Below are positions 1-9,450 of a stretch of DNA of 64,000 bases, piece after piece; within the stretch, counting starts at the first letter, position 1; every line of letters begins with the position of its first letter. Source of the DNA: a virus; the IMG/VR virus record IMGVR_UViG_3300034101_006340, positions 32,001 to 96,000 of that record; one strand, written 5' to 3'. The notes under the pieces were generated by a model. The model did no database searches and was not told the origin of the DNA. It saw only the letters and a program-made list of their open reading frames with translations. Position numbers and translations under genes: made by a program.

Positions 1-1153
1 AAATCCTTGTTGCAGATATGGACAAGGTTCTGTAGACTACCAGAACTATTGCTGTAAAGCACCACTAACAACCAGACCAGATTTTGGATATTTAATATCT
101 AATTCTGCTGATACTAATACGCAAAATGTTAGACCTCGTAATATATATCCATTATCTAAGGTAGATAATTTTAATATAATAACTAATTGGTCTGCAAACT
201 CTATTACATTAACACAATCAGAAATATCTACATATACAAATATTATAGCTAATCTTAGGTTAAACGAGAGCATAGTATTTAAAAATAATGAAGTATATGT
301 TTATACTAATCCCTCATATAATGATAAATATGATATTAGATCATATACAAATTATATGTATAAAATGAGATATGTTGGTCTTTTACCTAGAGATATTTAT
401 GGTGGCTATGCTAACTTATTGAATAATAGCGGAAGTAATTTTTATAGTATTATAGATGATATATTTTTAGATTATGTTCAAAACAGAAATGGTTTTATTA
501 ATACTTTAACTCCTAATATTTATAGAGCACGAACAATTTCTATGTTAAGTGCCGATGTGAATGAAGCGGCAGCCAGCATAAAAGATTTGTTATGGAATGG
601 ATATGGTATAGTTTTATTTTCTAATGTTGGATTTCCTAATAGCAGAGATAGTAGAGGATTAAGTTATCCAGATAGGATGTGGTATACGACATACTCTATT
701 ATAGGGTATGATGATACAAAAATAGATTATAATGAATGCGTCTATGTTTTATCGTGTCCGTGGGGCAAATGGAATAATGGAGGAGAACCAATATGGGGAC
801 CGTTGCCAGACGGTTGTTTTTTGGTTACTGAAACACACCTAAAATGTATGCTTAAGGTATATGCCGATAGGGACTACTATGGCTGTAGAAGTAAACTGCC
901 ATGCAATCCAGTATTATATGATTGCGATAGTCCTACCGTGCTCAGAGAATTAGCGGGGTGTGGAAATCATGGACCAGCTGAAAAATGCGAACCATATTTT
1001 TGCGCCTCCCAACAAAAAGCTATGGGATTAGCCTTTGCTGTTTCTTTAAATGAGGGTTTTCCAAAACAAACCTTAGATCATTATTCTTATTTGCCAATTA
1101 GAAAAATAAAAGAAAAATTTAAAGAACAACCCTTATACTATAAGTATTCATAA
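1..1153 (+). CDS. Papain-like (C1) peptidase-fold protein, probably inactive; 5' truncated by the window edge
   Basis: The frame of ORF 356..1153 is open back to position 2 by hand translation (NPCCRYGQG...). The segment YSIIGYDDT...YVLSCPWGKWNNGG resembles the C1 motifs HAxxxxGYD...xNSWG, but with His and Asn substituted. Confidence 0.6.
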   Translation, partial: NPCCRYGQGSVDYQNYCCKAPLTTRPDFGYLISNSADTNTQNVRPRNIYPLSKVDNFNIITNWSANSITLTQSEISTYTNIIANLRLNESIVFKNNEVYVYTNPSYNDKYDIRSYTNYMYKMRYVGLLPRDIYGGYANLLNNSGSNFYSIIDDIFLDYVQNRNGFINTLTPNIYRARTISMLSADVNEAAASIKDLLWNGYGIVLFSNVGFPNSRDSRGLSYPDRMWYTTYSIIGYDDTKIDYNECVYVLSCPWGKWNNGGEPIWGPLPDGCFLVTETHLKCMLKVYADRDYYGCRSKLPCNPVLYDCDSPTVLRELAGCGNHGPAEKCEPYFCASQQKAMGLAFAVSLNEGFPKQTLDHYSYLPIRKIKEKFKEQPLYYKYS

Positions 1154-1160
1154 AAATATA

Positions 1161-3749
1161 ATGATTAATTTATGCGACAGTGATAAATATTTTACAGATT
1201 CTGTTTTAACCGGTCCAGCAAATAGAATTCCTAGATCCGTCGAAGACATAGAAATTATTGGAAATATATTAAATAATGAAACTATTGTTTTTCCTACTAT
1301 ATCAGGCCAATGTGGTATAAACGAGATAGCATCACTAAAAATTAATTTTTATAATAGATCATATCAATTAGAAATAATTGGTAATGGTGCCAATAGTGCA
1401 GTAAATACTAGACAACCAACTGGTATAGATCTTACGCAGATCCAAGAGAGAGACCCTCTAAGATTTAATCATGGTTGGTATACAATTAATCCGGCTTTTA
1501 CTGTTGGAACAATTTTAACTAATGGAAATATCAAATTAAATAATTTAGGTTTTAATAATTCAAGAACAGATTGTTTTAATCTTTTATCTCAAAATAGTAT
1601 AATAGCTAATAATACATTGTCTTTAAATCAGATTGCGTTAAGCAGCAATAGTAGAGCATATGATTCTCAATTTACTAGTAATATATTTTTAGCAGACTCT
1701 AGCATAAAAATGGATAATATATTAGTTGAAGCTTCAACAGGTGATTATACTGGTGGCTCTTATTATAGCTGTCAATTATTTCATGATAACATATATATGT
1801 CTAATGCTATATTATTAGATTCTTCATTGAATATTGTTACAGGTAGCATTAATTCTTGTCAAATATATCGTTCAAAGGTTGAGTCTAGTGATAGTAGTTC
1901 ATTGATTATGGGTGGTCCAACTATCAGTGGGAGCACTATTGTTCTAGATAAACTATACTTAGAAGGAGGTAGCAGTATAGATTCTTCTATACAAGCAAAT
2001 ATATTATATACTTCTGATCAAGTTCATCAGATAAGAAATGGTTCTATAATAGCAACATTAGTTGATAATAGTAGTTTTGTAAATTCTGGAATCATATCTT
2101 GTAATGAAGCAAAAAAACTTAATCTAACTAATTATGCACAAGTCCAGATTGTTTCTTTATATCAAAACGCTGGATCAAATATAACTAATAATCCCAATAG
2201 TTTAATCAACATTAGTACTAGTGGGTATTTATCAAACGGCAGCAATAATGGTACTATACTAGGCGGAAGAGTAGATATTGATACCGCTTTTACAAATAAT
2301 ATATCTGGTATTATTTTTACAAAAGAATGCAATTTATATAATTCTGCTGTTAATAATGGTACCATAGCCAATTGTAATTTATATAATACATCTAATAATG
2401 CCATCGCGTCTGGAAGAATTAGTAACGCTAATTTTTATAACGAGTCAACAAATAACGGTGTTGTTAATATTGGAAATTTTTATGACACTTCCCAAAACCT
2501 CAATACCGGTATACAACAAGCAACTTTTTATTCTGGCTCCATAAATAATGCTAATTTTTCTAATGATTTTATAGGTTCTCTAACTTTTAAAAATTTTAGT
2601 CAGAATACAAGCACTGTATATAATGCTAGCTTTTATGATTCAGGACTCAATAATGGAGGCGTTTGCTATAATACTAAATTCTATAATTTTTCGCAATCAA
2701 ATAGTGGCCCATTAATTAATACTAGTTTTTATAATAGTAGTGAAACTATCAATGTCATTAATGTCAGCGGGGTCGATTTCTATGATAACTCTAGGTTTTC
2801 TGCTCTAACAGTGATTGGTACTTCTGGCTCCTTAAATTTATATGATAATTCTAGTGGTAATATTATTGATATTGCTGTTTCTACTGGTTTAAAATGTACT
2901 ATTAACAATAATTCTATAGTATCTAATATAATGGGCTCTGTTTCTGATGGTTCAGAAATTATTGTCAATGACAAGTCTACTGTGTTATTTAGTCAAGGGA
3001 ATATTGTTGTTTCTTTTAAAGATCAGTCTACTTGTGGATCTAGTAGCGCATATATCAAGCTATATAATTCAGCTTTAGCTACTGGATCAACCTATGCTAG
3101 TATAACTGGATATGATAATTCACAAATTATTAATAATTCTGTCACGATATCGTCTTTGGTTTTAAAAAATAATAGTAAATGCCTATCAAGATCCACAACC
3201 ATTGAGAGAGCTGAACTATATGATCAAAGTTTATTTTATGGTAATAATATTACAAACGGTTTTATATACGGCGGGTCTAAACTTATGTTTTCTGGAGGCT
3301 TAACATCAACAAATCTTGTTTTTGCAAACGGATCACAGAACAGTATAACAATTAATACAACCACAGTAATATTTTCTGGTAATAGCAGTAATGCTCCCAG
3401 TGGATTTATAACAGCTACTCAAGCTACTTTTGATCAGTCTTCTAATTATGGTCAGTTAAATTCAATTACATTTTTTCGAAATAATTCTACTAACTATTAT
3501 AGAAAAGTACCATCATCAACAAATCCATATTATTTCTTAGAAAGCTTTAATTTTGGTAGTGGTAATAATGATATGCATTTTGGTTCTGGCTCTATCAATT
3601 ATGGATATGTAGAAAATGGATTATTTTATGAGAACTCTGTCAACGCCGGAGTGGTAAAAAACGGCACCTTTCATTCTAGTGTATCTCAAACTGGCACAGT
3701 ATTAGGAAACGGTATTATTAGCGATATATCCTGGTCTAATCCTTTTTAA
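1161..3749 (+). CDS. 862-aa Asn/Ser-rich beta-solenoid (beta-helix-like) protein, probable virion surface/fibre protein
   Basis: Low charge, N/S/G/T/I-rich, with about 15-16-aa repeats of the type FY(N/D)xSxNxGxI/V. Confidence 0.6.
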   Translation: MINLCDSDKYFTDSVLTGPANRIPRSVEDIEIIGNILNNETIVFPTISGQCGINEIASLKINFYNRSYQLEIIGNGANSAVNTRQPTGIDLTQIQERDPLRFNHGWYTINPAFTVGTILTNGNIKLNNLGFNNSRTDCFNLLSQNSIIANNTLSLNQIALSSNSRAYDSQFTSNIFLADSSIKMDNILVEASTGDYTGGSYYSCQLFHDNIYMSNAILLDSSLNIVTGSINSCQIYRSKVESSDSSSLIMGGPTISGSTIVLDKLYLEGGSSIDSSIQANILYTSDQVHQIRNGSIIATLVDNSSFVNSGIISCNEAKKLNLTNYAQVQIVSLYQNAGSNITNNPNSLINISTSGYLSNGSNNGTILGGRVDIDTAFTNNISGIIFTKECNLYNSAVNNGTIANCNLYNTSNNAIASGRISNANFYNESTNNGVVNIGNFYDTSQNLNTGIQQATFYSGSINNANFSNDFIGSLTFKNFSQNTSTVYNASFYDSGLNNGGVCYNTKFYNFSQSNSGPLINTSFYNSSETINVINVSGVDFYDNSRFSALTVIGTSGSLNLYDNSSGNIIDIAVSTGLKCTINNNSIVSNIMGSVSDGSEIIVNDKSTVLFSQGNIVVSFKDQSTCGSSSAYIKLYNSALATGSTYASITGYDNSQIINNSVTISSLVLKNNSKCLSRSTTIERAELYDQSLFYGNNITNGFIYGGSKLMFSGGLTSTNLVFANGSQNSITINTTTVIFSGNSSNAPSGFITATQATFDQSSNYGQLNSITFFRNNSTNYYRKVPSSTNPYYFLESFNFGSGNNDMHFGSGSINYGYVENGLFYENSVNAGVVKNGTFHSSVSQTGTVLGNGIISDISWSNPF
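2328..2800 (+). repeat. Degenerate coding repeats of about 15-16 aa (solenoid coils)
   Basis: CNLYNSAVNNGTIAN / CNLYNTSNN / ANFYNESTNNGVVNI / GNFYDTSQN / ATFYSGSINN / ASFYDSGLNNGGV / TKFYNFSQSN / TSFYNSSET; the motif recurs near the C-terminus (GLFYENSVNAGVVKNGTF). Confidence 0.75.
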
Positions 3750-3750
3750 A

Positions 3751-4521
3751 CTATCTAAGATCGTTTGGATTATTTTCTGCCACTAGTCGGCCAACCTCTG
3801 GAACAAATTTAATATTATCAGATCCAATATGATTGCTAAGACATAAAAAAGATATTTTTTCAGCATCACCAAAAATTCCTTGGTCAAAAATTTGCGATAC
3901 TCTTAAATAAGAATTTGCATATTTATTCATTATTTTAGAACCACCAAAAGCAAATCTTATTAAATCTCCCATCTCGCCCTTTTCCCAATAATGAGATGTA
4001 TATATTTTACTACAATCTGTAAACTGATGTAAATTCAGTAAATTATTTAGATTATATTGCATATCCGGGCGTAGTCTAAAAACAAAATCATACAGTAAAT
4101 TTGATGAGTACTCAACTTCCTTTTTTAAGATATTACAATAATAAATTAATCCAAATTGTTTAAAACAGTGCAAAACATCATTTTGTATAGCCCTGTCATC
4201 AAAGTTATACTCTTGATCGGTCATGTCTGTATAATTAAAAGGACTATATGTTGAAGAAAAAAAATCGTCTTTAAGTATTCTTACGTGATTTGTTTCGTAG
4301 TCTTTTTTTATTTGATTCGAAGATACTATCATATCAGATGACCCTGTCGCATTAAGATTATGTGCTGCTGACCAAGATTTGTTTGTGTTTAATTTATCCC
4401 ATGTGCATACAAATGTGTCGATGATACCAAATTGACTATAGTGTTGTTTAAACATATAATAATTATCTAATAATTTTTGATAATTTCTCATGTGACCAGA
4501 GATACAAAAAGCAATTCTCAT
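3751..4521 (-). CDS. Putative glycosyltransferase-like protein
   Basis: N-terminal RIAFCISGHMR and internal YDFVFRLRPD motifs, a pattern I associate with phage/bacterial glycan-locus proteins; sugar-cluster context. Confidence 0.5.
   Translation of the reverse strand: MRIAFCISGHMRNYQKLLDNYYMFKQHYSQFGIIDTFVCTWDKLNTNKSWSAAHNLNATGSSDMIVSSNQIKKDYETNHVRILKDDFFSSTYSPFNYTDMTDQEYNFDDRAIQNDVLHCFKQFGLIYYCNILKKEVEYSSNLLYDFVFRLRPDMQYNLNNLLNLHQFTDCSKIYTSHYWEKGEMGDLIRFAFGGSKIMNKYANSYLRVSQIFDQGIFGDAEKISFLCLSNHIGSDNIKFVPEVGRLVAENNPNDLR
4432..4460 (+). promoter_or_regulatory. Possible antisense sigma70-type promoter inside the 3751..4521 gene
   Basis: TTGACT (4432-4437), 17 nt, TATAAT (4455-4460); could be a chance match in AT-rich DNA. 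Confidence 0.3.
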
Positions 4522-4964
4522 AATAAATAATCTCTATAAGACTGAATATAATCGCTACATATACCAGCACAACTATAATATAATTTATTTTTAGACCATG
4601 GCTGTTGATCTAGGCATATCGAATACTCTTGTAGCTCATGCATAGGATATGTCCATATATAATTATTACTAGTTAATGTGTAATAATCATTTTGATGCCA
4701 AAAGCAAGCCATGTCTAATTTAAGCAATAGAGTTAATGCTGTAATATTTTTTGCATGACACCATAATCTATTTTTATTATCGATTAAAAAACTTTCATTT
4801 ATCCGATAATCACAAGAGTCATGTCCCAAGTACCATTGATTATTCTCAACTGTTAAATCTATTTCAACATCAAAATCTTTGTTTATAGCTTCTAAAATAT
4901 AAGAGGGAGAATTTTCGTATTTATTAACACCATCAGTATTGCCTCTATGCGAAATAAAAAACAT
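4518..4964 (-). CDS. PLC-like/GDPD-like phosphodiesterase (truncated TIM barrel)
   Basis: ISHRGN...ENSP...DVEIDL motifs of the glycerophosphodiester phosphodiesterase family. Confidence 0.7.
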   Translation of the reverse strand: MFFISHRGNTDGVNKYENSPSYILEAINKDFDVEIDLTVENNQWYLGHDSCDYRINESFLIDNKNRLWCHAKNITALTLLLKLDMACFWHQNDYYTLTSNNYIWTYPMHELQEYSICLDQQPWSKNKLYYSCAGICSDYIQSYRDYLL

Positions 4965-4971
4965 ATTATTT

Positions 4972-5292
4972 TTATATGATATATTTATCTGATGGTACAG
5001 ACGGCCATTTAATCACAATAAGATCGACATCCTCTAAAACAGTAACATCAGCTATGTCATAAGGTTCATACAAGAACATGTCGCCCCTAGACAATATGCG
5101 ACCAGATACTAATAGTTTACCAGAAATAATATACGTCAATTCTTGAGATATTTTATGCGTATGTGGTTGAGCCTCATGACCGGCTTTATGAGAATGGTGA
5201 GCAACTTCAAAAGAACTATTTCTAAAAACGGAAGGATAGAAATCTCCTATAAACCATCCATTTTTCATTTCACTAATGTTATATGTTTTCAT
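4972..5292 (-). CDS. Cupin (RmlC-like) protein
   Basis: GWFIGDF, HSHKAGHEAQPHTHKISQELTYIISG cupin motif 1, GDMFLYEP motif 2. Confidence 0.7.
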   Translation of the reverse strand: MKTYNISEMKNGWFIGDFYPSVFRNSSFEVAHHSHKAGHEAQPHTHKISQELTYIISGKLLVSGRILSRGDMFLYEPYDIADVTVLEDVDLIVIKWPSVPSDKYII

Positions 5293-6458
5293 ATATCTGA
5301 TAACTCTTGAACTCGCACTTGATGTCTTCCTCCATCAAAAGTATTATTTATTAAAATTTTAATAACGCTTTCTGCTTTACTAGTATCAGCAAAAATTTTA
5401 CTTGGGAAAGAAAAATAATTTGCACAACTATGCCTGATAGACATTTCAGCAGAATATTCGTCATAAATTAATGCTCCTCGAATACCATTAAATTTATTAC
5501 CACATATATTTACGCCCTGTCCGGTTCTACAAAAAGCGAAAATAAAATCACAAACTCCGTCTTGCTTAGAAACAATAGCTTGATTTATATAATATTTATA
5601 ATCACAATCGTTGTGAGTGTGTGTGCCAAAGTCTATATATTCTATACCCAATTTAGATAATATATCCGCAAATATTTGTTTTGTTTCATACCCAGAATGA
5701 TCAGCACATAATGCTATTGGTTTTACGCCTATGTGTTTAACAACATTATTTTTATAAAACATAAATTCTTTTGGCGTCCCAAAAATATGTATTTTATCTA
5801 CTAGTCTATCTATTATATTTTTATTATCTTTTATCAATAGATTATATAAAGGAGTGATATAAAACTCTCCATTAGTAGTAATATTATTTTTAATCATTGT
5901 ATCGGCATATTCACAAAACATAGATCCTTTAGCAAAATAATAAATACCTACACACGCCCTGTCACTAATAACTTTTTTTTCTGCCGTTAAAGTAATATAC
6001 TTATTATTATCATCTAATTTTACATAACTATAATTTGGAGAATTAGATTTAAAAGTTAATAGCGTACCATCAATACCATCGTCCGCCAAAGAAGATGGAT
6101 CTAAGACCGGGAAAAACTCTATATCTAATGTATGAATAATTAGAGGCATATCATTATTGATTACTTCTTTTGCCAATAAACAACTACACACTGAGCCTTT
6201 TGTTAAGCCATCAGTAATAAAAATTTTAATATCATCTCCAAATTTATTGCGTAAAATTGTGTCAGCATTATAGTTATAAACCTGATCATCTCTAACAATA
6301 AAAATTAAATTACACTCTGAATAGTCAATACAACTTAATGATATATCGATAAGTTGTTTATTTTCTACATAAATAAATTGTTTTGGCACCTCGTATCCCG
6401 CTTCCTTAAAACGACTACCTAATCCCGCCATAGGAACAATAAGATTATATTTTTTCAT
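5289..6458 (-). CDS. Fusion of a sugar-phosphate nucleotidyltransferase (NTP_transferase) and a C-terminal RpiB-like isomerase
   Basis: N-terminal IVPMAGLGSRF..GY..PK, AEKK, ACVGIYYF, EFYITP; C-terminal ADHSG, FCRTGQGV, RH-x-x-AN, FDGGRHQVRV. Confidence 0.85.
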   Translation of the reverse strand: MKKYNLIVPMAGLGSRFKEAGYEVPKQFIYVENKQLIDISLSCIDYSECNLIFIVRDDQVYNYNADTILRNKFGDDIKIFITDGLTKGSVCSCLLAKEVINNDMPLIIHTLDIEFFPVLDPSSLADDGIDGTLLTFKSNSPNYSYVKLDDNNKYITLTAEKKVISDRACVGIYYFAKGSMFCEYADTMIKNNITTNGEFYITPLYNLLIKDNKNIIDRLVDKIHIFGTPKEFMFYKNNVVKHIGVKPIALCADHSGYETKQIFADILSKLGIEYIDFGTHTHNDCDYKYYINQAIVSKQDGVCDFIFAFCRTGQGVNICGNKFNGIRGALIYDEYSAEMSIRHSCANYFSFPSKIFADTSKAESVIKILINNTFDGGRHQVRVQELSDI

Positions 6459-7173
6459 GGTTATTTCTATTTATTAATTTATTTTTTGTTTTTAATATTG
6501 CATTAACTAAATTATCTTTGATATACATATATCCCCATTGATCTATAATAAAACCAGCCAAAATATCTCCTGCTCCATTAACATTCAATCCTTCTATAGG
6601 AATATTTTCTACGCAGCAAACACTATTTCCGTCAACAACAATTTCTACTCCAAAAGGATCATGAAATATAATAGGAGTTTTTGTTCTAATAGAACAGTAC
6701 ATATTCTTTCTTTCTCTGGAATCAAAAATAATTTTAGCTTGATTTATTAATTGTATAAATTTAGTCCTGTCAGCCGAACTAGTACAAAAGTCTAAGCTAA
6801 AATTGGACACAATGTTTTGTACGGATAAATAATCTTCAAAATCATCAATATATGCAAAATGAACCCAGCTGGCTGTATTTAAATATTCGATATCTTTTTT
6901 ACTAATGATCGAAGCTTCTGTGTTTTTAACAAAAGACATTCTTGTACTATTAGCAATATCGCAAATAATATACGCTTTTTTTAACCCTATCCTATGACAA
7001 TGAAGAGTATAATTTAAAAAATTAACCTCATTAAAGTTGTTGTATCCTCCAATAATTTTTTGAAGATTAGTGTAGTAATTAGTTTCATTGAGTTGTATAT
7101 TCTGTGTTTCTATAATTGTGTCGAAATATTTTTTACCACAAACAATTAAGCTATGGTTTTTTCGTTGTATCAT
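6445..7173 (-). CDS. PfkB/ribokinase-family carbohydrate kinase
   Basis: C-terminal VNGAGDILAG anion-hole/catalytic Asp motif. Confidence 0.7.
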   Translation of the reverse strand: MIQRKNHSLIVCGKKYFDTIIETQNIQLNETNYYTNLQKIIGGYNNFNEVNFLNYTLHCHRIGLKKAYIICDIANSTRMSFVKNTEASIISKKDIEYLNTASWVHFAYIDDFEDYLSVQNIVSNFSLDFCTSSADRTKFIQLINQAKIIFDSRERKNMYCSIRTKTPIIFHDPFGVEIVVDGNSVCCVENIPIEGLNVNGAGDILAGFIIDQWGYMYIKDNLVNAILKTKNKLINRNNHEKI

Positions 7174-7174
7174 C

Positions 7175-7699
7175 TTAAAAAGTTTCTTGTTTATCTAGCT
7201 CTTCTATATCGGATAGACCAACATATTTTACCATTTGACGTTCAATAAGAACATTATAAAGATCACAAATAACATTATTTCCGCCTTTAGAAGATAATGT
7301 ATTTTTTATGCCACACAAACTTTTTATGTCTTCACAAGCATCTTGTGGACAAAAACAATATCCAACGCTTTTCATTATATTAATATCGAATAAGTCGTCT
7401 CCTACATAAACCATATCTTTTTTATGAATACGATACTTTTCTTCCAATATTGGCAACAATGATACCTTATCAATTCCTCTTGAACTAAAAAAGTCTATGT
7501 TTCTATTCTTGGCCATATTTTCATTAACTTTGATATCTCCAGAAATAAAACAAACAACTATATCAGAAGCTTTAAATCTTTTAATAGCTGTAAAATCTTT
7601 ATCACAGTATTTTTTAGCATATGGCATCCCATCGAGTCCATAAATTTTTGTACCATCCGTCATAACTCCATCGACATCTAGGGCTATTAATTTAATCAT
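7175..7699 (-). CDS. kdsC: KdsC/YrbI-family HAD phosphatase
   Basis: LDVDGVMTDG, DFTAIK, FISG, K, YVGDDLFD, SKGGNNVI pattern typical of KDO-8-P/NeuNAc-9-P phosphatases. Confidence 0.8.
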   Translation of the reverse strand: MIKLIALDVDGVMTDGTKIYGLDGMPYAKKYCDKDFTAIKRFKASDIVVCFISGDIKVNENMAKNRNIDFFSSRGIDKVSLLPILEEKYRIHKKDMVYVGDDLFDINIMKSVGYCFCPQDACEDIKSLCGIKNTLSSKGGNNVICDLYNVLIERQMVKYVGLSDIEELDKQETF

Positions 7700-8463
7700 A
7701 TTTTTAACAGATGCTCCTTTGGTTCATCATCAAATTGTTCGATAGACTCGTGAACCATATGAGGAGGTGGAACGCCCCCGGATTCTGTAAGCCAGTGTTG
7801 ACTCCAAAAATTTTTATTTCTGATTAATCTGGCTTCCAAGTCCACATATCCAGTATGAATAACATAGGGTGTTTTTCCTTGCCTTAACGCTTCAATCGAA
7901 TTGTCAAACATACGAGACTTAACTAAATTACCATTTTTATCAATTAGCTCACAAGTATCGCTTTTGGTTGTATCAACTGTTCCATTCGATTTTCTCGCAA
8001 AGTTTACTGGACCTCTGAAAAGACCGCTTTTATGTAAATACCATTTGTGTCCTATAGAATAATAATGATTAAAATCTTTGTAAAGATTTAATGAAGCAAT
8101 CATATAACACATATATGTATCACACAATAAATTATCTGCTAAATCTAACCATAATGATTTTTGATACAATGGAATATATTCATCCATATCTAATCCAATT
8201 TTAAGTAATTGAGTAGTATTTTGTAGGGCGCAGTTTTTTATTTTTCCATCCATCCAAGGGTCTTCGTAGGAAAAATCACAAGACACCACCTTTAGATTAT
8301 CGAGTTCATGCGAAAGTTTTTGGATTTCTATTAAAGTATCATCTGAGCTAGAATTTATAGCAATAACAACTTCATCGGCAAAATCAGAAAATTTTTGTAA
8401 AGTATTTTTGTAATCAAATTTGTTTTTGATAAGATTAAAAGCAGATGTATAGATAGAAATCAT
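7696..8463 (-). CDS. Glycosyltransferase family 2-like
   Basis: DEVVIAINSSSDDTL, KNCAL and LDMDEY (DxD-type) motifs. Confidence 0.75.
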   Translation of the reverse strand: MISIYTSAFNLIKNKFDYKNTLQKFSDFADEVVIAINSSSDDTLIEIQKLSHELDNLKVVSCDFSYEDPWMDGKIKNCALQNTTQLLKIGLDMDEYIPLYQKSLWLDLADNLLCDTYMCYMIASLNLYKDFNHYYSIGHKWYLHKSGLFRGPVNFARKSNGTVDTTKSDTCELIDKNGNLVKSRMFDNSIEALRQGKTPYVIHTGYVDLEARLIRNKNFWSQHWLTESGGVPPPHMVHESIEQFDDEPKEHLLKI

Positions 8464-9026
8464 ATTATGTCAATCCCCAAAAGATCAAATACAGCATTTG
8501 CTATTTGACTTGGTTCAATGGTTTGAATAAGGCCATAAGGATCATTGTAATGGAAAGTTGGCTTAGTGCTAGAGAAATCTGGTTCAAATATTCTAATATT
8601 ATTTTCATTAGAAAAGTATGGCCTAGACATGTTTGCGTAATATCCGTATAAAGCGACTATCTTTATATCATAATACGAAGCTAAATGCACGGGCAAACTA
8701 TCAAAACCAAGATGTAATTGAGCGTTTTTGATCAAAAAAGCTAAACTACCATAAGATGTTTTACCCAGATAATCATGATTAGCTCCCTGGCATTTAGGAT
8801 CTAATAACCCTCCAGTTTGAACGATTTCATAAGTAAAATTAGGATTATTTTTGAGAATACTAATAACATTTTCCCATTTGTTATATAATCTTGCTGTTCC
8901 TTTGGGGTCATAAGAATGAAGAGTTATGTATTTCGTAGAGGGCAAGACTATCGAGGAGTCTTCTTTTATAAACGGCTTAGCAATAGGACACCCGCAGGTC
9001 AGTGCATAAGTTTCTAATATGTGCAT
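8460..9026 (-). CDS. GT9 (ADP-heptose:LPS heptosyltransferase-like), C-terminal domain only
   Basis: LGKTSYGSLAFLIKNAQLHLGFDSLPVHLAS...IVALYG matches the GT9 C-domain consensus GKTSLxELAALI...DSGxxHLAAA...VALFG. Confidence 0.8.
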   Translation of the reverse strand: MHILETYALTCGCPIAKPFIKEDSSIVLPSTKYITLHSYDPKGTARLYNKWENVISILKNNPNFTYEIVQTGGLLDPKCQGANHDYLGKTSYGSLAFLIKNAQLHLGFDSLPVHLASYYDIKIVALYGYYANMSRPYFSNENNIRIFEPDFSSTKPTFHYNDPYGLIQTIEPSQIANAVFDLLGIDII

Positions 9027-9028
9027 AA

Positions 9029-9427
9029 TTATATTGTTTCTTTCATTTGAAGTCCTATTCTGGTTTGTCCATTATGAATATAATTTAGATATCTTTGAGT
9101 AAACACAGTAATCATGAAGCTAATGTCAAATAGTCCTTGCCATTTACCGTGTCCTTCCATAATGAGTTGGTTTTCCATAATTGGCATATAATTAATCACT
9201 TTAGCGATATTTGGATTATCTAACAACAATGAATGATATTGTTCCTTACAAGCAAAATATATATCATATTCCGGATATAGCTTTTTCATAGATGGTAATA
9301 AACTAGTAGATAAAAAAATATCTCCAGCACTTTCAGGAACTATCATTAGAATCTTTTTATTATCTGATTGAATTAGTTGTTGTGCTATAATAGCTAATTG
9401 AGAATCATAGTCTTGTTTTGTATCCAT
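9029..9427 (-). CDS. GT9 (heptosyltransferase-like), N-terminal domain only
   Basis: KKILMI...AGDIFLSTSLLPSMKKLYPEYDIYF...LLLDNPNIAKVI matches the GT9 N-domain; AAGGA SD-like sequence upstream. Confidence 0.8.
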   Translation of the reverse strand: MDTKQDYDSQLAIIAQQLIQSDNKKILMIVPESAGDIFLSTSLLPSMKKLYPEYDIYFACKEQYHSLLLDNPNIAKVINYMPIMENQLIMEGHGKWQGLFDISFMITVFTQRYLNYIHNGQTRIGLQMKETI

Positions 9428-9450
9428 ATAATTCCTTAATATACTGATTT

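Noticed and set aside
46-273. Minus-strand 75-aa ORF, and the many other 60-135-aa ORFs nested antisense or out of frame in long genes (e.g. 2162..2404, 9676..10005, 27441..27848, 33444..33686, 44412..44819, 46105..46473)
   Set aside because: They lie wholly within well-supported genes, show no motifs and break the operon strand pattern, so they are shadow ORFs.
9020-9035. Programmed frameshift joining the GT9 halves
   Set aside because: There is no clear slippery heptamer with a downstream structure, and the second ORF has its own ATG 2 nt after the stop.
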